48,789 nucleotides of DNA. Origin: an uncultured Nitrososphaeraceae archaeon (GTDB taxonomy: Archaea > Thermoproteota > Nitrososphaeria > Nitrososphaerales > Nitrososphaeraceae). Shown one piece after another: positions 43,362-48,789 of the stretch. The translations under genes and the position numbers were made by a program. The stretch is taken from positions 1 through 48,789 of the forward strand of contig CAWIMJ010000036.1 in assembly GCA_963837175.1 (NCBI GenBank), given 5' to 3'. Each line of letters starts with the position of its first letter. Positions within the stretch are counted from its first letter, which is position 1. The notes below the pieces were generated by a model, which was given only the letters and a program-made list of their open reading frames with translations, was not told the origin of the DNA and made no database searches.

Positions 43362-44500
43362 TCACCTTTTAGTAGTAAATGACCATTGTTTAGCTGAATC
43401 TAATGCATTACCTGCTAGATCTTCTGCTCCTATATCTATTGCAGCAACATATTTAGTATTTGGAGAAAAGTCTTGCGTAGAATCAAATATAGCAGTTTTA
43501 CCATCTGAGCTAAGAGAGACTATACCTGTTATAGCGGTAGTCTCATCTGCCTTTTTTACAGTGAATGTATTTGCATTAATAGACGGACTGCTCATAGGCT
43601 CACTAAACGTAGCGCTAACAAGCGAGGTAACTGGAACTTCTGTGGCTCCATCCGCAGGCATAGTATTAAGTACTTTTGATGGTACTTTCTCGCCAGCTGG
43701 TTTTGTAGCAGAAGCGAGCAGCTGCTTTCTCTGTAGCAGATTCTGCTCCTCTCATTCCAAAATAAAATGCAATTATTGTTGCTAATGCTGTTCCAAGTAT
43801 TGTACCAAGGTTCTTTAGTATGTCAATCAAAGATTGAAGAATAGGGCTTGTTGAATTATTGATATTTAGAGTAATTAGAGCAAGAAGATAAAATATAACT
43901 GTTCCAACTAATACTATAATTCCAAACGTCATTAAAGATCTATATAATCCTGGCATTCCGACAACTCGACTATTATCTTTATCAGTACCTATCCTTAGGT
44001 TTTTTTCTATAGGCTAGATACATATCAAAAACTAAGGGAATAATTATGATAAGAAAAATTACAATTATGAAAATTTGTGGAAGATTATTATCAAAGATTG
44101 AATTTATTACTTTAGTAGCATTAACTGCAGTTGCATTAGCAGTAGTAGGTAATGGTCTAGCAGCAGCAGAAATACTGGAAATATTTTGTAAAGCTTGTGT
44201 AGCGTTAGTTAATGCAGCTGTTGCATTTGCCAAAGCGCTTGTAGTATTCTGGGTTATATTTGTAGCATTTTCTAAAGCACTTGTAGCATTTGCTAATGTA
44301 CCAGTAACGTTTTCTGATATGGCATTCGTAGCATTCGTAGTATTAATTAATCCGCCAGCAATAGTTGTCATGGATTTACTAGAATTAGGAACAGGTGAAG
44401 AGAAACTAGCTATTACCCTCCCTGAAGACAAATTGTCGATGAATAATAGAGATACGAGCATTACTGCAGAAATTGTGTTTATGTATACTCTTTTCGTTTT
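43362..44500 (-). pseudogene. Membrane protein with Thr/Ala/Asn-rich linker and C-terminal Ig-like domain, split into three ORFs
   Basis: 43982-44461 (NAT repeats, TM), 43666-43956 (TMs, IIAFYFG), 43362-43661 (PADGATEVPV..ATFSEPM..DLAGNAL..WSFTT). Confidence 0.75.
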
Positions 44501-44809
44501 GCTCGCAATATAACAATCGCTAAATCTTTTAAGCTTTTTATTGTTAGTGTTCTATAAAATATTACAGGTTCCATATACTTAAAATCAAGCGTTTAAAACT
44601 GTCGTAGAAATAGATTAAAAGAAAATCTTTCTATATTATTATACTCATGGTTTGCCTTTATTCTTGTGTATATATGGCACAATATCCACATAGAGGAAAA
44701 CTTTTTTCATGTTTTAGAAGGCAGATTATTCATTGTTGCAGTTGTAATAAATGTCTGATTCAGAATGCTGATAGATTTAATCACTTTATGTCTAAAATAG
44801 ATATTTAAG

Positions 44810-45335
44810 GAGGTTAGTGCAGTTTATGCATGCTGCTTTAGACTACATTATAAGACTACCAAACAAAGAACGAACAACGAACCTGTTTTTAAAGAAAAAT
44901 TGACTTATGACAGTTTGTAGTTAGCTGTCAAAATTTCTTCAAATTCATTTTATGGTATATTTGGAAATTCAAACTTTAAGTAGTGATTATCGGGTTGCAG
45001 AGCTCGTAACTTTCTATGGCAGAAAGTTCCATAGATTCACGGAAAGTACTGCGCGTAAGAAATTTGGATTAGAAGTTGTTTATGGTTTCACAGATTCTAT
45101 TTTTGTCAAAGACAACGTCAGCAAAGATAACATTGATGCTTTCATAAAATACTGCAAGGAGAACTACGATGACAACTACCACCATCATGGTAGATTTGAT
45201 ATCCAGATAGAACACCAAAAGACCTTTAGATATACAATGATCTTTGGTTTAATGAATTGTTACATAGGATGGACTCGGAACTTACAGGATCCAATTTATT
45301 TTACTGGTATGAACTTTATGAGCACAAGCAGGTGA
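44810..45335 (+). pseudogene. Family-B DNA polymerase fragment
   Basis: Motif B LAVKISSNSFYGIFG (broken by stops), VAELVTFYGR, motif C variant VVYGFTDSIFV. Confidence 0.8.
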
Positions 45336-45707
45336 GCATCGTATCTCTGAATTAGTAAAAGCTGCAGGTTTTAAACACTTTAAACGTGCTACTCAGACAC
45401 CATTTAATTTAATATACGAAGTTAAACCTTGACTTTTTTTATTCTTTTATCAATGCTCTTCTTTTCTATCTAGGGATATAAGTGCACACTATATCATAAT
45501 AATAATAATAATAATTCAAACTATAGACTATTGCAATTAGATAAATTTGGGGCTCAATCTTAAGAGCTGCATTATAACATTCATTCTATTGCCCATTCTA
45601 GATAAATTAAATAATGTCATCCCTCCTTTATCATTCGAATATTTATAGTTTAAAAAATATAATGTAAATGATAATAATAATAATAATAGTAATAATAATA
45701 ATATATT

Positions 45708-46169
45708 ATGAAATGGATAACAAGAGAACATGCAAAAGTAGATCGAATAGCGTGTCCTTGGCTTATAAAAAATTTCATTGATAAGGATGCAGAATTTCTT
45801 TTTGTAGCCGCACATAAAGTAATTGAAATATCCAAAGAACAAAATGCCATACCTTTTGACATACCAAATGTTGAGTTAGGTCATCATGGTGAAGAATGCT
45901 CTTTTGATGCTATTTTAAAAAAATATGGATTGGATAAAAAAGAAGAGGAGCCTGCACTGCTTGAATTAGCAAAGATTATTAGAGGAGCAGATACTCCTAA
46001 TAGGAGTCTAACTCCTTACTCTGAAGCTCTGGCTGCATTAGCTAGTGGTTTTAGTATTATTTCAAAGGATGATTACGATAATATGACAAAACAATTCTAC
46101 GTATATGATGCACTTTATGCATTTTGTAAATCTGACAACAAAGAAAAATTGTTGACTTCTAGACATTAG
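45708..46169 (+). CDS. Chromate resistance ChrB-domain protein
   Basis: MKWITRE..KVDRIACPWLI..FID..AEF, PFDIP..ELGHHGEECSFDA, IIRGAD, YDALY. Confidence 0.9.
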   Translation: MKWITREHAKVDRIACPWLIKNFIDKDAEFLFVAAHKVIEISKEQNAIPFDIPNVELGHHGEECSFDAILKKYGLDKKEEEPALLELAKIIRGADTPNRSLTPYSEALAALASGFSIISKDDYDNMTKQFYVYDALYAFCKSDNKEKLLTSRH

Positions 46170-46469
46170 TCGCTTAAATCTTCTTATTGTCTTATTAATG
46201 AAGTTGCATATACATAGCTGAGAAATATGCACATCTTTGTTGTTTTTTATAGATTGAAGAAAAACTAAATAATGAAGTAACAGAACCCTTATACATGCAG
46301 GGAACTAATCGTACCGAACCCGCTACAATATTGGTGCTTTAAGTTGGTTTCACAAATAATATAATGAATTAAAAAATTGGAAAAATCAGATTTAATAATA
46401 ACAACAACCTAACAGAATTAAATCCTTGGTCATTGTATATTTAATATGAAAGAAAAGTTCACCTAACTG

Positions 46470-47456
46470 TTATTTCAATGCTGGAGATATCTCTTTAGAA
46501 ATTAATTTCACTAGCTTTTCTCTGTCTGGACTAGAATTTGTCAACACAATTTCTGTAAACCCTAAACCCACATATTTCTCAAGTTTCTTTATTCCTTCCT
46601 CTGCATTACTAATTACTAATAACATCTTTTCTAATGTATCATCACCAATTACTTGAGCATTTTCTTCAATCTCACGAGGATCATGTACATCTACATCAAA
46701 AAATGCCTTTATCATAGCACCTCTCCAAAATCTAATTGATTGTATTGCCTTTTCTTTATCTTTATCATACGAGGCTGGTATAAAAAGTATTTTTTCTAAT
46801 GTATCAAAGTCTTTTCCTGACTCTTTTGTCCCCTCTCTAAGTGCAGGAAGCAATTTACTTTTTATTGATTCTACATTAATTTCATTTGTTACAAATCCAT
46901 CTCCTTCCTCTCCTGCCAATCTAGCTGTTTGAGATCCAATAGCTGCAATATACAAAGGAATTGGTTTTTGTGGTTTAGTATATAGATTAGAATCTTTCAC
47001 CCAATAGTATTCTCCTTTGAACGTTATCCATTCTTCTGTCCATAGCTTTTTAATTAATGTTATTGCTTCTTTTGTTCGCTGAAATCTTTCTTGAGTTGGA
47101 GGCCAATCATTACCGGAAGTTACTTCATTGAGAGATTCTCCTAAACCAACTCCCAAAAATACTCTATTAGGAAACATGTATCCAAGGGTTGCAAAGACTT
47201 GAGCGACTACCGCTGGATTATATCTAAGTGTTGGAGCGGTAACACCAGTACCTATTACTATATTGTTTGTTTTAGCTAAAGCAGCACCTATCCATGGCCA
47301 GGCTGCAGCACCAGAAGCTCCATTATGCCACCAGGGCATATAATGATCACTTGACCAACATCGTTCTATACCATTTTTATCCATAATAATGACATCATTT
47401 AGTAAATCAGTAGGGTTTACTTGTTCATGAGCTGCTTGAATACTAATTTTTACCAT
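46470..47456 (-). CDS. F420-dependent LLM-class oxidoreductase (G6PDH-like family)
   Basis: AAHEQ, WSSDHYMPW, GTGVTAPTLRYNPAVVAQVFATL, FLGVGLGESLNE. Confidence 0.92.
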   Translation of the reverse strand: MVKISIQAAHEQVNPTDLLNDVIIMDKNGIERCWSSDHYMPWWHNGASGAAAWPWIGAALAKTNNIVIGTGVTAPTLRYNPAVVAQVFATLGYMFPNRVFLGVGLGESLNEVTSGNDWPPTQERFQRTKEAITLIKKLWTEEWITFKGEYYWVKDSNLYTKPQKPIPLYIAAIGSQTARLAGEEGDGFVTNEINVESIKSKLLPALREGTKESGKDFDTLEKILFIPASYDKDKEKAIQSIRFWRGAMIKAFFDVDVHDPREIEENAQVIGDDTLEKMLLVISNAEEGIKKLEKYVGLGFTEIVLTNSSPDREKLVKLISKEISPALK

Positions 47457-48399
47457 ATCTATCCTTTAATTCTTTAGAACAAAATACGATATAGCAGTTT
47501 TGTATATTGCGGTTTATGCAAATAAAAAGTAAACAACTACTCTCTATTTTACATTGTGTAAGTGGATTACATAACCTAGTATATTGAATCCGATAGAACC
47601 CGATCACAAAAGTTTACCTTCTTCTATATCAAACTTCATTGCTTCTTGCATGTACTCTGAAAAAGAAGTATAATACATATCACAGTTAATTTTTAAAACT
47701 TCATATTTATCCTTTCTTGGTTTTATCTTCTCTGTTATTGTAATAAAATCATCTTATTTATTGTTATGGGTAGGAGAGATTTCTGATTCCGATTAGAAGA
47801 CAATGTTTTCGTAATTTTATTCATTAGTGATTCTCTTATTTATTTGATATTTAGTTAGCTATATGCTATGCTTTTCGATATTATTCCCAAAAGCATTTAC
47901 AGTGAATTATTCAAATTAGACATTTTTACCATAGCAAGATGGATGTGTTTAAAAGATAATAGTGAATTTAGGCTTTATTCGTTGAAATTGTATTGGCATC
48001 TAACTTACTTTTGTAATCCATGTTTTAGAATAGTGAGATATATAATTGATGAAAAGAGAGAAGATAATAACTTTATGCAAACGGAGAAAACTTTAAAGTT
48101 AACATATTTCTTAATATAGCAGAGTCTCTTTTTAGAACTGCTATTGGTGCGAGAACCACCGAACCCGTGACAATATTCTTCCTTTATTACCACCCGCCTT
48201 CTAATAATATATGTAGTTGGATTTGTTATCTATAACAGAAAAAGGGAATACCACGACAAAGCTAACGAAGAACCTTATAATAAATATGAAAATATCAAGA
48301 TTATACTCTATCTCTCATCCTATGTATTCTATATACAGAATTTTCTTTTAATTATGAAACGAAAAATACGGATTGTGGCAGTAAGACCTGCCAATGTTT

Positions 48400-48624
48400 T
48401 TATTCGACGCCGAAGTTTATTTCGCCGTAGTTACTACATTCAGCAGAACCACTACATCTATTCTTTTGTTCTTGTTCAAAACTTAAGTTTGTATCGCCTC
48501 CATCCTCTTCATCCATTAGTATGTTTGCACTAGCTTGTTGTACTGATATTAGACTTAATCCTGCCGACAGCATTGCTACCGCTCCTAAGATTCCAACCAT
48601 TAGTAAAGTTGAGTTCTTCTTCAT
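48400..48624 (-). CDS. Small secreted protein with a Cys pair
   Basis: Signal peptide ending QQASA; FEQEQKNRCSGSAECSN. Confidence 0.7.
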   Translation of the reverse strand: MKKNSTLLMVGILGAVAMLSAGLSLISVQQASANILMDEEDGGDTNLSFEQEQKNRCSGSAECSNYGEINFGVE

Positions 48625-48789
48625 ATAACTTCCTATAGGAGTGTTTGTACTAATAGGTTATTTATTTTTAAAAAGTTTATACTGAATTTATGTAATAGAT
48701 AGAGATACTAGATGAATTGTTTGATTGATTTAATAACATAACACTAGTAATTCCTTTTCACTATGCATCATCATTCAATATCATATGTA

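Noticed and set aside
43315-44513. Plus-strand 156-aa and 155-aa ORFs
   Set aside because: Antisense to the split Ig-domain membrane gene.
44810-45335. Casposon
   Set aside because: Only a PolB fragment; no cas1 or terminal inverted repeats were identified.
45537-45862. Minus-strand poly-Leu/poly-Tyr ORFs
   Set aside because: Products of the (AAT)n tract, antisense to the ChrB-domain gene.

Overview
AT-rich accessory region, most likely from a soil-type ammonia-oxidising archaeon (Nitrososphaeraceae). This is inferred from the protein families present: Nitrososphaera-style histidine kinases, a two-domain MCO-ZIP-DtxR cassette, F420/LLM oxidoreductases and archaeal IS5 elements. The first ~6.3 kb is a metal (copper/manganese/zinc) homeostasis cluster: HMA fragment, His/Met repeat secreted protein, Csp3-like four-helix bundle, Lrp/AsnC remnant, DtxR/MntR regulator, ZIP transporter and multicopper oxidase, with a perfect DtxR-type operator upstream. 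The rest is a mosaic of four histidine kinases, receiver domains, metal transporters, secreted proteins and many frameshifted genes, plus IS5 elements of two types. The most notable hidden structure is a set of degenerate tRNA 3'-end copies (att-like scars). Eight share the consensus AATCCCACCGAACCCG, and three of them sit exactly where a conserved tail of histidine kinase genes ends. Other remnants include five copies of an HTH/coiled-coil gene, an iteron-like GTGGAGGTA array and a family-B DNA polymerase fragment. Together these suggest repeated integration and decay of tRNA-targeting elements carrying signalling cargo. No integrase, intact tRNA, rRNA or CRISPR array was seen. All assignments were made by eye, without database searches.
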